Shown here one piece after another: positions 1 to 12,382 of a DNA stretch of 64,000 bases (positions are counted from its first letter, which is position 1; each line of letters opens with the position of its first letter). Source of the DNA: Chlorokybus atmophyticus (Eukaryota; Plantae; Mesostigma and Chlorokybus algae); NCBI GenBank assembly GCA_009103225.1, contig RHPI01003389.1, positions 248,001 to 312,000 of the forward strand, read 5' to 3'. The notes under the pieces were generated by a model. It saw nothing but the letters and a program-made list of their open reading frames with translations, had not been told where the DNA came from and made no database searches. The position numbers and the translations under genes are program-made.

Positions 1-1553
1 AGCATCTCCAATGTCGCGGTAATACTATCTCGGGTTCATACTATCTGCCGTATATGACCCTTTGTAATCATTAATCATTAATGAAGGATCATTATAGCAA
101 TACACGTCCGAGTAGAGCCCCACGCTTCATCCCCGCAGCAGTACTTGCTACGAGTAATTACTAAGTGTTCATCCATTTAAGTGCTTATCCCGTATTTGGT
201 ACTTAGGTTTTACCGTCTTCTCTTTTCGGCCAACTAGTTGAAACTCAACTTGGCCGTTTTATGACAATGTTTGCTTGAACATTCAAGTCATATCATGAGG
301 GTAGTTGTAGCAGCGCTGTCCCCGCAGTATGAGTTATTTTTGTTTTAAACGGCTTCCCCGTCATGCATGAGTTTGCTCGCGTGTGGCGTTTCAAAAGCCA
401 CTTGCGTGTGTTTGTAACTTAACACTTAGCGTTTTCACGTGCACATAACTCTTCACAATTATTAACTTACAAATAATTGCCACTTGAGAATTTTATACCA
501 CCGTCAATTAACCCATTAGTTCACTAATCTAGAACGCATAACCGATTAGACCTAGCGTAGTTGCAGCGTGCCACGGCGCGGGCGCGGGTGCGCATGATAC
601 CACCACCTGCACTTTCACATATGCCGTCATCCCTACCCTCGACATGGCACTCAATCTTGACCAGTACACAACTTGCACGTGAAGTACTAGCCTCGGATCT
701 GCTACTTGTACTTGATTATCCACAAAGCGCAGCACTTATCCCTACTTTTGTTGACTTGACATGTCCATGGACTGACACTCCAATATATCTATTATGGTGG
801 GCTAGAACCTAAAACCATCTTGGATGAGAAGGGTTACCTACATGCTTACACTGGCAATTACTAATGTGTGGCGCTTGTGTAACTGGTGTGCCGGCATGCC
901 AATCATCTTCGCCGCTGATTGTATAAAGGGTATGGTCCTATGGCAACATGCATGGTGTGCGTGCCAGCCTACCAACCTCACTGCCTACCTCCTCACCTTT
1001 GCGGTTGCTTGCGTGCTGTTGTGTACTGTTCAGATAGTAGGGGTCTGGGCCAGCTTATTGCAGTTGTTGATGTTGTTGTTGTCAACCTTCACAATTACCC
1101 TGTGCTACACTGTGCTACTCTGGTACTGCATGCTCCCACCCATTCTGCTATTTGTACACATGCATAGTAGACTACAGATTGACACCAACAGATACACCAA
1201 CAAGTACGCACAGCATGCAGGCTGATGTATAGAAGCAGAGCTGTGTCATGACACATTATCCGACAACCACAAGTGACAGACAGTATGATATCAACCCACT
1301 CAACAAACATCAATACATGTCACAATCGTATTCTAGATACAATCTTGTTGAGTCTCACCGTTGCACAACGCGTATGGCACTGGCCTTCACGTGTAGAGCA
1401 CTGGGAAAACAGCACATCTACTGGCAATACTGTAACTGCACACCATGCAATATGGCTGCTCACAACTCTTACATAACAATACAAGTAAGCTAACGGCATA
1501 TTCAATATACGTAGCTCGCATATGCTACACTCACTACCACTAACTCTCGCAAT

Positions 1554-3302
1554 CTACGCCTTGGCAGGTGTAAGTCCATACTCCACATCAACAAAGCTCT
1601 CCACATCCCACAGAAAACTGCCAAAGGCGACAGCCTCCAATATCACTTTCTTCAACGCCGAGACACTAATGGTAATCACATTGTCCTCAATTGCCACCAT
1701 CCCACCCTCCAGAGACTTGGGCTGCAGCAGACAACAGTGGGTCAAGACAGAAGGGTATGTATGCACGCTGCATGCAGTCAAAAAATACGCAAATGTCACG
1801 ACTAGATACACTGAGATGGAATGGTTGGTGGGCTATCTGAGAAAAACGACCTAATTATAACCGCCAATGGCCATGCGTATACCTGAGGAGGGTCACCAAA
1901 GAGGGCTCGCAGATGCCGCTCTGCGACATTCGCAGCCTCCTGTGGAGCAAATATCACAATGAGAACAATGCAAGCTTGGCAGCGGCATTCCCACTGCGGA
2001 ACCATATACTAGCAACAAACGCTATCATCAGGACACATACCTGTGTGCTGATGATAGGCAGCCTCGGCAACATTGCAGGATTCATGTTCTGTACAAACTC
2101 GCGCAGCGCAACTGATTCTTTTGCAGCATCCAACGCTGGTGTAGATGTGCTGGGGGACACAGAGTCGTAATCTGGAGACCCACCAGTCAATGCATCATTG
2201 AGACCCTTCAGAGTGGCATTCCGAATCTGCTTCTCCATCTGATAGCGTCTATCAACCCTGTTGTGCAATGACATGTTTGATCAAAACCCAAGCAACAGTA
2301 ATGAACTATAGAGCCAATGCCCATGCCCACAACTTGCTTACCTGCGCAAGAAGTATCCGAACATGATTGAGGCTGTGTACACCTGACTAACTTTGGACTT
2401 GGGAATTTGTGCCATAGCATTGGGAAAAGCATCCGTGATGGGCGCGTTTAGAATGACGCCCATGTGTTGCTTTACAAGCTCGGCCGCAGCCACGGAGTGG
2501 ACCTTTTCCAGGTTGGAGATCCCGCTGAGATCGGTCTGGATGGTGCGTGTCCCACTGCTCTCTGCAGGCTTTGTGAGGGATGGCAGCAACTTGCAATTGA
2601 CATCGATGTACTTCTGCACTACCAAAGCGTAAATAACATCCTCTATGGTTCGCATCCGCTCCCTTTCCCTCACCTCCGCAATCCGCCTGCACAATGTCCA
2701 TAGATGCGTAAGCGCTGCACAAGCAACCTGAACCTTGTTGCACGATCACAGCCAGCCAACGCACTACTTACTTGTACAACACCATATCACTGCTGCCTGC
2801 CGGAGGACTTGACGCTGTGGTCGCCTCCTTCTCGGCCGACAACCTTTCCAGCTGCTCCTCAACAGCAGCATCAAACAGGTGGGGACTTGTCAACAACAGG
2901 TGCTGCAAAAGCTGGTCACAACAGCGCAACAAGTTAGCAAAACCAAGCGTTGCACTAGAACACAGCTACGAAGTAACCAATGCCGGACAGTTCAACAGTA
3001 ACTACCTGGCCAGTGGGGCTTTCGGGCTGCACGGGAGCGAGGAAGCTGTCGCCATCGGCGGCTGCGGCTGAGATGCGGGCTTTCCGTCGAGTGGAAGTCC
3101 GTGCACTGCTGGAACAAGCAGACCGAGTAAGCAGCTGCGGCTCTCCGCCAAAGCTACCTCGCAAGGCAGCTGGTTTGGAAAGCCGCACAACCCCTGCGCC
3201 TGGAGCTGCAGCCCTGCGTCTGCTGGTACCAGCGCCTCCCGCAGGCGACACTTGCCCAACTGCAGCCACACCGGCAACCACAGCCGCAGTAGTCGCCGCC
3301 AT
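1554..3302 (-). CDS. DUF760 protein, homolog of Arabidopsis UV-B-induced protein At3g17800, probably plastid-targeted; multi-exon
   Basis: Spliced peptides MAATTAAVV...APVQPESPTGQ | LLQHLLLTSPHLFDAAVEEQLERL...DMVLYK | RIAEVRERERMRTIEDVIYALVVQKY...QVYTASIMFGYFLRR | VDRRYQME... | ...LKKVILEAVAFGSFLWDVESFVD* match family motifs. GT donor after 3006. N-terminus is Ala/Ser/Arg-rich and transit-peptide-like. Confidence 0.9.
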
Positions 3303-4087
3303 CTACAACCCCGGCTACTCCTCTGCGTCCTCCGCCTCCTCCGCCGCCTTGGGGACCGCCTGCTCCGCCGCTGCCAACACCCTGCTTGCCAACAATACCA
3401 CCTGCACCTACAGCAACACCCTCTTAATCTCACCCGGTTAGCCTTACACCTGACCGAGAACGTACATTCTAGAGCAGATATTTCCGGACCGCGGTCACTT
3501 CCACCTCCAGTACGCCTCGGATTCCGGTTACGTACAGGGCCAATTTGGCTAGCGCCACACATCGGCGGCAACAGCGGTCAACATATAGGTTAGTCGCTGA
3601 CGTGGCCGCGCGGCTTGTGTTACGTCGCACTATGCTTGTGCGTTTTGCACAAGGTGAACCGCACAAGGGTCGTGCCCTTCAGACTGGAGAGTCGGAGTCT
3701 CCTCATCTGACGGTCTACAGTAATGTCGTTATCGAGTATGTTCAGAATGACGGATTCAGCCCTAAAGTTTGCAGATAAGATTGGCATGGACGGCGGAAAC
3801 AGGTGACAAAGCGCATCGGGCGGTTGTAGATGTCTCATGAGCGCACGTAATTGCTCGGTTTGTGTGGCATACAGAAACCGTGCAATGCATTTTAGAGGCC
3901 GTTCGCAAAAGGCCAGCGAGTTTGCAAGGTTTGGGTCGCAAAACCTCGAAACAGAATTCGAGCACGATTGCCAGCTGTCTGCAAGGGTGTGAGCTAGGGA
4001 AAAGCGCAAGGCTGACGGCGGCGGCGGCGGCGGTGGCAGCGGAGCAGGCGGAGGAGCAAGCGGAGCTTGGTTGAGCAAGCTGTAGCA

Positions 4088-6357
4088 ATGGCAACCATTC
4101 AGATCGAGGTCAGCGCGGACGGATAAGCGTGGCACGAAGCAGCTCATGCCCACTTTGCATTGGACGCTACACCTTGCAAGAGCAGAGACCTTGCTGTCTG
4201 CAACATTGGCATAAAAAGTTTCTGTTGACATGTTGATTGTGCGGAGGCTGCGTTTGACTTCCTGTCGTTGACTGCTGGACCTTTGTTTGCAGCTGCTTGC
4301 AGCTCGGCCTGCGGTGAGCGCGTCGGTGGCTGTACCCAAGGCTTCAGCACGTGCTTCACGACCGGTAAGTCACTTGCGCTGGTTGCCATACTCTGTGAAG
4401 AAGTTGGTGGCAGCTGTTGCCATCTCCTGCGCATTGCTCATTAAGTTCTCTATTTACGCATTGCAGGTTGCCAAGGATGCTCGCGCCTTCCTTGGTGCCC
4501 CCGTGCAGCTGCGTGCCGCACGACGCAATGCAGCGGTCCAGGCAGGACGCATGGCCACCGTCTCGCTTGTTGATGTTAAGATGCCACTGGAACTGGAAGA
4601 GGGCCAGGTGCGTGCAGCTGATTGTTTAGCAATGTGGTCAGTGCTCTGTTTCTGCTGCCGATAGTCTGCTGCTCTGTGCAAAAATGTTGAATGCGTAAGA
4701 TATGAGCCCAACGGGCAGCCACATGTTGGCACGTTCTTATGTCACCCTTCTCATATGGCACTTTAGTGGGATGATGGCAATTGGGTGTGTTCTCAACTTC
4801 AGGCATACATGTTCATGCACGTCCTGTTGAGGGACATGTGTGGAGATTACAGCATTGGTGTCACGATATCACTAGTTGTTACGCAGTAGTTGCTGATCAT
4901 GTGTGCGCACTGTTGCTGCTAAGATTGTCTTGTTGTATGTGTAGCCAGTTGATGTGACGCACTGTGTATGCATGCAGCTGCCGTTGAACACATACAGCAA
5001 CAAGGCGCCGTTCAAGGCTGTCATAAAGAGCGTGGAAACCATTGTTGGACCAGATGCTCCAGGTGAAACCTGCCACATTGTCATTGACCATGGAGGCCAA
5101 GTTCCATACTGGGAAGGGCAGAGCTATGGCGTCATCCCACCTGTGAGTGCAAGCTACTCGTGGCGAGCGTGCGGATGGTTTAGCGTGCAGTTGCGTTGCT
5201 GCCTTCATAGCTGTTCATGCTGCCTGGTGCATGGCATTACGGCATATGCATGAGCATTGCTGACATACCCTTGCATGGTGGCTCTGCATAGGGTGAGAAC
5301 CCCAAGAAGCCCGGAAAGCCAAACAACGTGCGACTGTATTCAATTGCATCAACACGATATGGTGACGAGTTTGACGGAAAGACTGCTAGCCTTTGCGTGC
5401 GCCGTGCGGAGTACTGGGACCCCGAGACTGGACTGAAGGACCCCACCAAGAAGGGTATCTGCAGCAACTTCCTCTGTGACTCCAAGCCCGGAGATGAGAT
5501 CACTCTGACAGGTAGGCATCTTCAACGTGCTTTACATGGTACAACGGTCGTCGCAGTCCATGTACTCGCGCATCTGGCAGTGTGCACACAGACATGAGCA
5601 CACTCAACCATTCGCGCAGCCATTGTTATGTCAATAACAAGATTATCTCTATGAATTCTCTTACAACGTCCACCTCTGTATACACATAAGGGTTCATTGC
5701 GCCTGATCTGCAATTGACCTCAGCAACCATAGCTTGTGCACTGGCGCAGTGGTCCCATACATCGTTGCATGGAAATGGTTAGAGCGCGCAGCCAGGGGGT
5801 GAACGACTGTACGGTTGATCACCAGGTTGTTGTGCGGGTCTTAACACAAAGTCTTTGCAGGTCCCACCGGAAAGGTCATGCTGCTTCCTGAGGACCCCAA
5901 GTCGACCCACATCATGGTGGCCACGGGCACTGGCATTGCCCCATACCGTGCGTACCTCCGACGGATGTTCATGGAGGATGTCCCCAACTACAAGTTCAAT
6001 GGGCTGGCGTGGATGTTCCTTGGCGTTGCCAATCAGGATGCGCTCTTGTATGATGAGGACTGGCAGATGATGAAGAAGAAGTTCCCGGACAACTTCCGCC
6101 TGGACTACGCTCTGTCCAGGGAGCAGAAGAACAAGTCTGGCGGCAAGATGTACATCCAGGACAAGCTCGAGGAGTACGGCGAGGAGGTGTTCAGCCTCCT
6201 CAAGGATGGCGCTCACATCTACTTCTGTGGTCTCAAGGGTATGATGCCCGGCATCCAGAAGACGCTTGAGCAGGTTGCTACCGAGCAGGGTCTGGAGTGG
6301 CCACACTTCCTCGAGGGCCTGAAGAAGGCTGGCCAGTGGCACGTGGAGGTGTACTAA
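4088..6357 (+). CDS. PETH: Ferredoxin-NADP+ reductase, plastid, root/algal-type; multi-exon
   Basis: Exons encode [32 protein letters not shown] (FAD binding), [29 protein letters not shown] and C-terminal WHVEVY*. The ATG at 4088 (MATIQIE|gtcagc) is less certain than the rest. Confidence 0.97.
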
Positions 6358-7380
6358 ACCACCTGTGCTGCGCTGGTGGTCACCAGAACTCAACTCGATT
6401 ATAATGATAATGGCGAAGCTCGCCTGTGCTGCGCGTTGTACTGCAACCCAAGCCCTATGTGCTACACTAGCATATTGCGAAGCACATAGGTACCCCTGTT
6501 TATTCGATTTGTAGGCCATGGCAATAACAAGCATATGCCTGAAGTAGTTGATGTGTGGTGTGGGCTGATTTGCCAGATTGGGGTGTGCTGAGTGGCATTT
6601 ACAAAATGTTGAGATGATGTGGCATGGCCACCGTGCTTCTAACATATACATGGAGGGGCTGATTCAAGTGGCTGTTGGTGGGGGATGGATGTTGGTTGCA
6701 GTGTTCTCTTAGGCGTAGTCACTACACTTCTTATCCAGTCACTTGATTCTACCTCAGCTAGATAGTATATTAGGCATGACAGAGTTGATGGTTGCAACAT
6801 CATGCACATCAACCTCACCTGTATCACACCGCTAAATCAATGTGTCGCGAATCAGCGTCCACATCCTCCCACAAGGTTGCAGTCAGGCAAGAAGGCGGAG
6901 GGCCGAGGCAGGCCGCCGCTGTAGTGCTAGCTCCAGCAGCCCGTGCGCACAAAAGCAATCAGTATGCGCTGTCAAATGGTGAAGCGAACCAGAACTTGCG
7001 CCCCACACCATGTCAAAGTAGAGCGCCGCACTTCCTCCAGATTTTATTTTTTACAAGGCTCTCCCAACCATATGCATGTCTCCATGGCCAGAGGTACAAA
7101 TGTGTCGACTAGGTGATCAACATACTTGCCTCTCTACCTTGATACCGAAACCAAGCCACGCACTTTGCACTTTGCTTATCTGATGCATGGCGGCGCCTTG
7201 ATAGGTAACTTATTTGTGTTGCCAGATGCAATGCAAACATGGCAATTATGAACCGTCTTACATGCCAGCTAGCCAATGACAGGAAGGCACTTGCTGTCTG
7301 TACAGTGTAAACAAGCTGTCCAGCGACTGAGCTCGCAGCACAACCCTATACACACTGACCTTGATCCTTCACTGCGAAAT

Positions 7381-7446
7381 CCACCTAACACACCTGCTGT
7401 GTTGGGTGGATCTAGATCCACCCAACACAGCAGGTGTGTCAGGTGG
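7381..7446. repeat. 66-bp loopless palindrome (33-bp arms, one mismatch)
   Basis: ccacctaacacacctgctgtgttgggtggatct|agatccacccaacacagcaggtgtgtcaggtgg, centred at 7413/7414. The only mismatch is 7387/7440. Confidence 0.95.
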
Positions 7447-7508
7447 GTCTACATGTCAAAGCTCTGTGCATCAAAAGTTGGCAACACCAGCGTGATAGCA
7501 CGCATACG

Positions 7509-10204
7509 TCAGCTGGCACCTGAAGAACTAGCGAGGTGCTTCACAGCTTGTTCCGCGTCCTCCGGCGTGTCCACATAACGGTCGAATCGCAACCTGGTTA
7601 CGTGAAAAGCAGCACCTCGCCGCACTCGGACATCCACGCCCTGAGCACAACAGAGACACACAACAACAATACTTCTTACTGGCAGGGGGTTGGGCCATGG
7701 ACGCTGGTGCAGCCACACGCACACGCACCGACAGATAACTATGCTATGCAGCATGCATGCCAATCAACGACGACATCATAACCATGGGGCAATTCGAAGC
7801 AAATACCAACCCGAACATAAATTACAGACCTGTCGATCTATGGAGATCAGCTGCACGTCGTCTGCCGGTTCCTTCATGACGTCTGCGACCAGCTGGCAAA
7901 GCTGCTTGCCATACCGCAGGTTTAGGTCCTGCAGTACGACACGCTCAGCTAACGCGCAAACAGCAAGCAGGTGCACACAAGCTACAAGCGGACAGCCTAC
8001 TACGTGTTCGTCACAATGCCTGCAAGTCTAAGTGGTACAACAGATTTTGTGAGCAAGGCAATACTTGCAAAACAACATGCATGGCAATATTCATATGCAT
8101 GTGAGCCTACCTGCAGCAGTTCGTCTGTGTCATGAGCGGCAATTGGGTCTGGAGTGGCCGCCAGGTACTCGTTCACATTGATCCACGTGACTGTGCCGAA
8201 ACCACCAACAAAGTATATGTCGCTGATGCGCGCCATTCGAAAGAATGAGAAGTTGCCCCACTGACGGCTATCACCACCTGCTCACAACCAACATTTTGCA
8301 CGCACGCACAACCCAACCTCAAAGGTCAATTTTCATACGTATGGTCGATTACACAAGTCAACAACACCCTCACACATGCACACAACCACGCACTCACCTC
8401 GGTGCTTTTTGCCAAATGCTGTTCGCGCCACTTCCGAGTCGTCTCCCGGCAGGAGCTGCACCACATCGCCAAACAGGGTGGCGCGTGCGTTCGCCAGACC
8501 CGACCACCCGGGCATCTGCACAACCACGCTCACGCGGGGGTCCGCCATCACGTTGCGTGTGTGTATCGCTGCATTGGCAACAACACAGGGCTCAATTGTT
8601 GAAGCTGGCTGTGGTGCGCAAAGCACTGCTGATACACGAAACAAATACGCATGCGCACGCACACAGACAAACAAACATGCACATGCGCGCACGTGCAGAC
8701 ACAAGTTCGTGCTATAGCTTACCGAGCGGTGACAGCAGAAACAACGGATGGCCGTAAGGATCGGTTGTGAAATCGACGAGGGAACCAAAAGGGAAGCCCC
8801 TGCGCCTGTGATGCATCTTCGACATGATTGTGCAGAGATGGGCATACCTGACATATTGAAAGAGAGAACTTGTAGCAGGGCTCCAAGCACACACACACCT
8901 GCTGACGTGCGTGCACATACCTCTGCACACGCGCACGCAGGCACGCCCGCGCGCACACACACACACACACTCATGCAGTTCACACAATATACACTACACC
9001 TTGCTCGCTCTACGAGGTTTCGCACCGCCACTGCCGGTGAAGGCAAGTCATGTGTCGACGTGGCACTCTGCGCACCACCAACAAACCGCATGAGCAACAT
9101 TGCGCAGCAACATGCAATACAACAAGCCTGCACTGGCAACAGCACCTGAACACCTCCAGTGATAGGTGTGCGCGTGAGTCCTGCCCGCGGGTTGGTGGTG
9201 CTGTTACGACGCGGGAGTGAGTCGCTCCTGTACGCCAACGGCGTGTACTCTTCTAATGACCCTTGAGCACCAGCGTACGTCCTCTTCCCAGCAAACTGCA
9301 CCGCGCCGTTGCTGCTCGATCCATCCTGCATGCATGCCCACAAACGGTTAGTGTGCGTATGTCTCTCCCCCGCACAAACACATAGCCTGACCGATGGTGT
9401 TGTGCAGTACAACAAAGTTCATACCGCATCCAGGTCAATTGATGAGAATGATGTGCTGGTGGCTGAGATGTCCTCGGACGCATCGCCGTTGTCTTCGCGG
9501 TCTTTCTGTGTTTGCTGCTCACCGTCATCTTTTGAACACGTCTGCAACAGAGCGACATGTTGGCTTCTTGATATACTAGCACCGTTGTGGCTTCACCAAC
9601 AAACAGTGTCAAATTGACAAAAGCTTTAACACTACAGTCTTGACCACTTCTTGACTACTCACATAGGTTTGGATTTTACACTGGGCCGCCATATTTCAAT
9701 GGGCAACATTGTATTTGCTCTTGAGCGCTTGCATGCTTCGACACATACTTGCCTCTCAAGGTCATAGTGATTTGCAAGCGCAATAGCATGCACTTAGCAG
9801 AACACAATAACTGAAAGTGAACAACAATGTTGACGTGAACAACAATCAAGTGGTACTGGTATGCAAGTGCTCGACTAAGACACGCATGCACGCAAAATTA
9901 CTAGACAGACGTGACGTCGTGCTATCATTGCATACTAGCAACCCACTTACAAACCCACTTACAAACCGTGTATACTGAAATGCTGACAAGCATTCAGCGC
10001 CAAATGTAGACTCTTACAAAGCGCAATGGAGCCCTGTGATGCTGATTGCGTAACTGATTGACGAACCGTCAAGCTTACCGCTACTTTGTAAGACCCGCCG
10101 CATGACTTGCTGCTTCTCGACCTTCGCAGCCCATCGCCGCCGCCGCCGCCGCCGCCCCGCAGCAGGGCACTCCCCCAGAACGTGCTGGCCGCCGCCAACG
10201 GCAT
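7509..10204 (-). CDS. Pyridoxamine 5'-phosphate oxidase-like (FMN/heme split-barrel, HugZ/GBP-like) protein, homolog of Arabidopsis At3g21140/At1g51560; multi-exon
   Basis: Exons RTPITGGVQ | SATSTHDLPSPAVAVRNLVERAR | YAHLCTIMSKMHHRRRGFPFGSLVDF | IHTRNVMADPRVSVVVQMPGWSGLANARATLFGDV | FRMARISDIYFVGGFGTVTW | LISID | GVDVRVRRGAAFHVTRLRF...*. Start MPLAAASTFWG at 10204 is transit-peptide-like and tentative. Confidence 0.9.
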
Positions 10205-10508
10205 GTGGCTTCACTGCGCTAGACCCTCTGGTAGAAAAAAACTTCACCTCACGAAAGGTGCTCCTGCTACTCCAGTCACAGCTCCACGCCGCAACTTCGG
10301 CTGCAGGCACGGACGACCACGTTGACCACACCAATGCCGCCGCTGCCGCCGCCGCCCGCAACTTGCTTGATGCCCTAACTCTAACAAACTGCCGCTTTGT
10401 CGACCGCCGTTGGAATGCCCGTTACGAGGGGCAGATTGCGATCCGGATCCGAGAAAGCGGGCTCGCTTGATCTAGGTCAAAAGGCTGGTGAGATCCCTAG
10501 ACTTTTCG

Positions 10509-10533
10509 CCAGGCCAGGCCAGGCCAGGCCAGG
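10509..10533 (+). repeat. (CCAGG)5 pentanucleotide repeat just upstream of the USP start codon
   Basis: Read directly from the sequence. Confidence 0.9.
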
Positions 10534-10541
10534 CGGGCGGC

Positions 10542-11729
10542 ATGGCGAGCGACGGCGGCGAGGGAGGCAATGGAGAAGGTGGAGTGTCAGAAGGAGGGCA
10601 GAGGAGGGTCTTGGTGTCGGTGGATCACAGCAACGAGGCCATGCACGCGCTGGAGTGGGCGCTGGAGCAGCTGGCGAGGAAGGAGGACAAGATCGTGATG
10701 GTGCACGCTCAGCCGCCGGTCCCTGTCTACACCGGTGGGTCTCCCTCTTGGACAATATATTGATGTTGCTTCTTAACACTCGTCACGCGAGTTAACATTT
10801 CTTCTACGCTTGTTACTTGCAAACCAGTCGCTGTGTTGTTATTGATTACAGCTGCAGGTACATTCAATACTCCGTCTAAACATGTCTGATTGCGTGGTCC
10901 CTTTTCATCTATGTAGAACTTGCTGTTTGCCAAACCAGTATCCCTCCCACGCACGCACGCGCGCGCGCACACGCACACCCATGCACACGCGCACGCATAT
11001 ACATCCTCACACCTCAATGTGATTGACTGAGGCGTTTTGCAGTGATGTGAGGGTTCAAGAAGCTGCGTTGTTAGATTGAACACGGTTGATTGGCAGGTCA
11101 CCACGGAATGCAGGGATGGAGTCTTCCCGCCGGCGTGGAGGACAACTTGGAGAATGAGATCATGGCTGCTGCGAAGACCCTCGGCGCCGACATGCTCGCG
11201 CTTTGCAGAGACAGAGGGGTCAGTCCAACTATGCAAGTCTCGTTGTTGCTCTCACATTAAGCACACGGATCTTGGACTGTGCACATGCACGCGTGTGTGC
11301 GCATGTGTGTGCGCACAGTCCAAGATCGCACTCGTGTGCAAGCGCATGCACGCACACGCACACATGCACACATGCAGTTTGCGGCGGAGTATCACGTGTT
11401 CAAGGGGCCAACCCTAGGCGACGTCATCTGCGACGCCGTGTCCCACCTCAAGGGCGACATGCTCGTCATTGGCGCCCGCCGCATCAGCGCTCTCAAGAGG
11501 TATCCCTGGGTTCGTGCGTACGTATGCGTGTACGTGTATATGTCATTAGCTCACCTTGTGTTCTTTGTGTTTGCTCCACAGGGCGTTTGTCGGCAGCACA
11601 AGTGACTTCTGCGCTCATCACCTGGACTGCCCAGTGATTGTTGTGAAGAAGCCTGTGAGCGAACCAATGTCGCCAAGGAGTCCGCCGTCACAGAACACCA
11701 ACCGAATATTCACTATACCGGAAGAATAG
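10542..11729 (+). CDS. Universal stress protein A-like protein; about 4 exons
   Basis: RRVLVSVDHSNEAMHALEWAL, GDVICDAVSHLKGDMLVIGARRISALKR | AFVGSTSDFCAHHLDCPVIVVK, with stop TAG at 11727-11729. Confidence 0.93.
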
Positions 11730-12223
11730 CATCGAATCTGTGTTTTTTACCTAGGAGTACCCATGCGTTGTGGTTTAAACTGTACATAGGTTTGTAACAA
11801 CGCTTGATTGCCGCAACTATTCGGTCGTGCTGGTCTTTGCGTGATGCAGGTTGATTTATCAAGATATATAATATGAATAATGGGCGAATATAATATCAGA
11901 ATATATAATGTCAGGATATCCGCGCGGGATTCAAAGTGCAGATCTGGGTGCATTTGGCTATGTGCATGTGGTCTGTCAATGGCGTTTGGTTGCATTCGTA
12001 ACCTGCAGTTAAGCCAATTGCACATCGCCATTGTTGGTATAAATCACCATCAACAGTGTAATGATGTTAACATGATCTGACTTTGGTCGCGTCTATCCAT
12101 GAGTCTACCAACAGGACCGGCATGTGAGACACACCACAGGCACACACCACAGGCCCACACACCACATACAACATAGCAAGCACCTCAACTATAAGAGCTC
12201 AACCACGCCCCAGTGGTGTGGGT

Positions 12224-12382
12224 NNNNNNNNNNNNNNNNNNNNNNNNNNNNNNNNNNNNNNNNNNNNNNNNNNNNNNNNNNNNNNNNNNNNNNNNNNNNN
12301 NNNNNNNNNNNNNNNNNNNNNNNNNNNNNNNNNNNNNNNNNNNNNNNNNNNNNNNNNNNNNNNNNNNNNNNNNNNNNNNNNN
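12224..12382. other. Assembly gap (159 N)
   Basis: Run of N in the sequence. Confidence 1.

Noticed and set aside
1-11. agcatctccaa resembles a Tourist/Harbinger MITE terminal repeat
   Set aside because: I found no matching ttggagatgct end in the flank, and the motif is truncated by the window edge.
515-532. Small hairpin followed by CTAG, suggestive of a Helitron 3' end
   Set aside because: The hairpin is AT-rich and directly abuts CTAG, and CTAG is followed by A rather than T.
5779-6651. 290-aa minus-strand ORF
   Set aside because: It is the antisense shadow of the GC3-biased last FNR exon and has no independent motifs.
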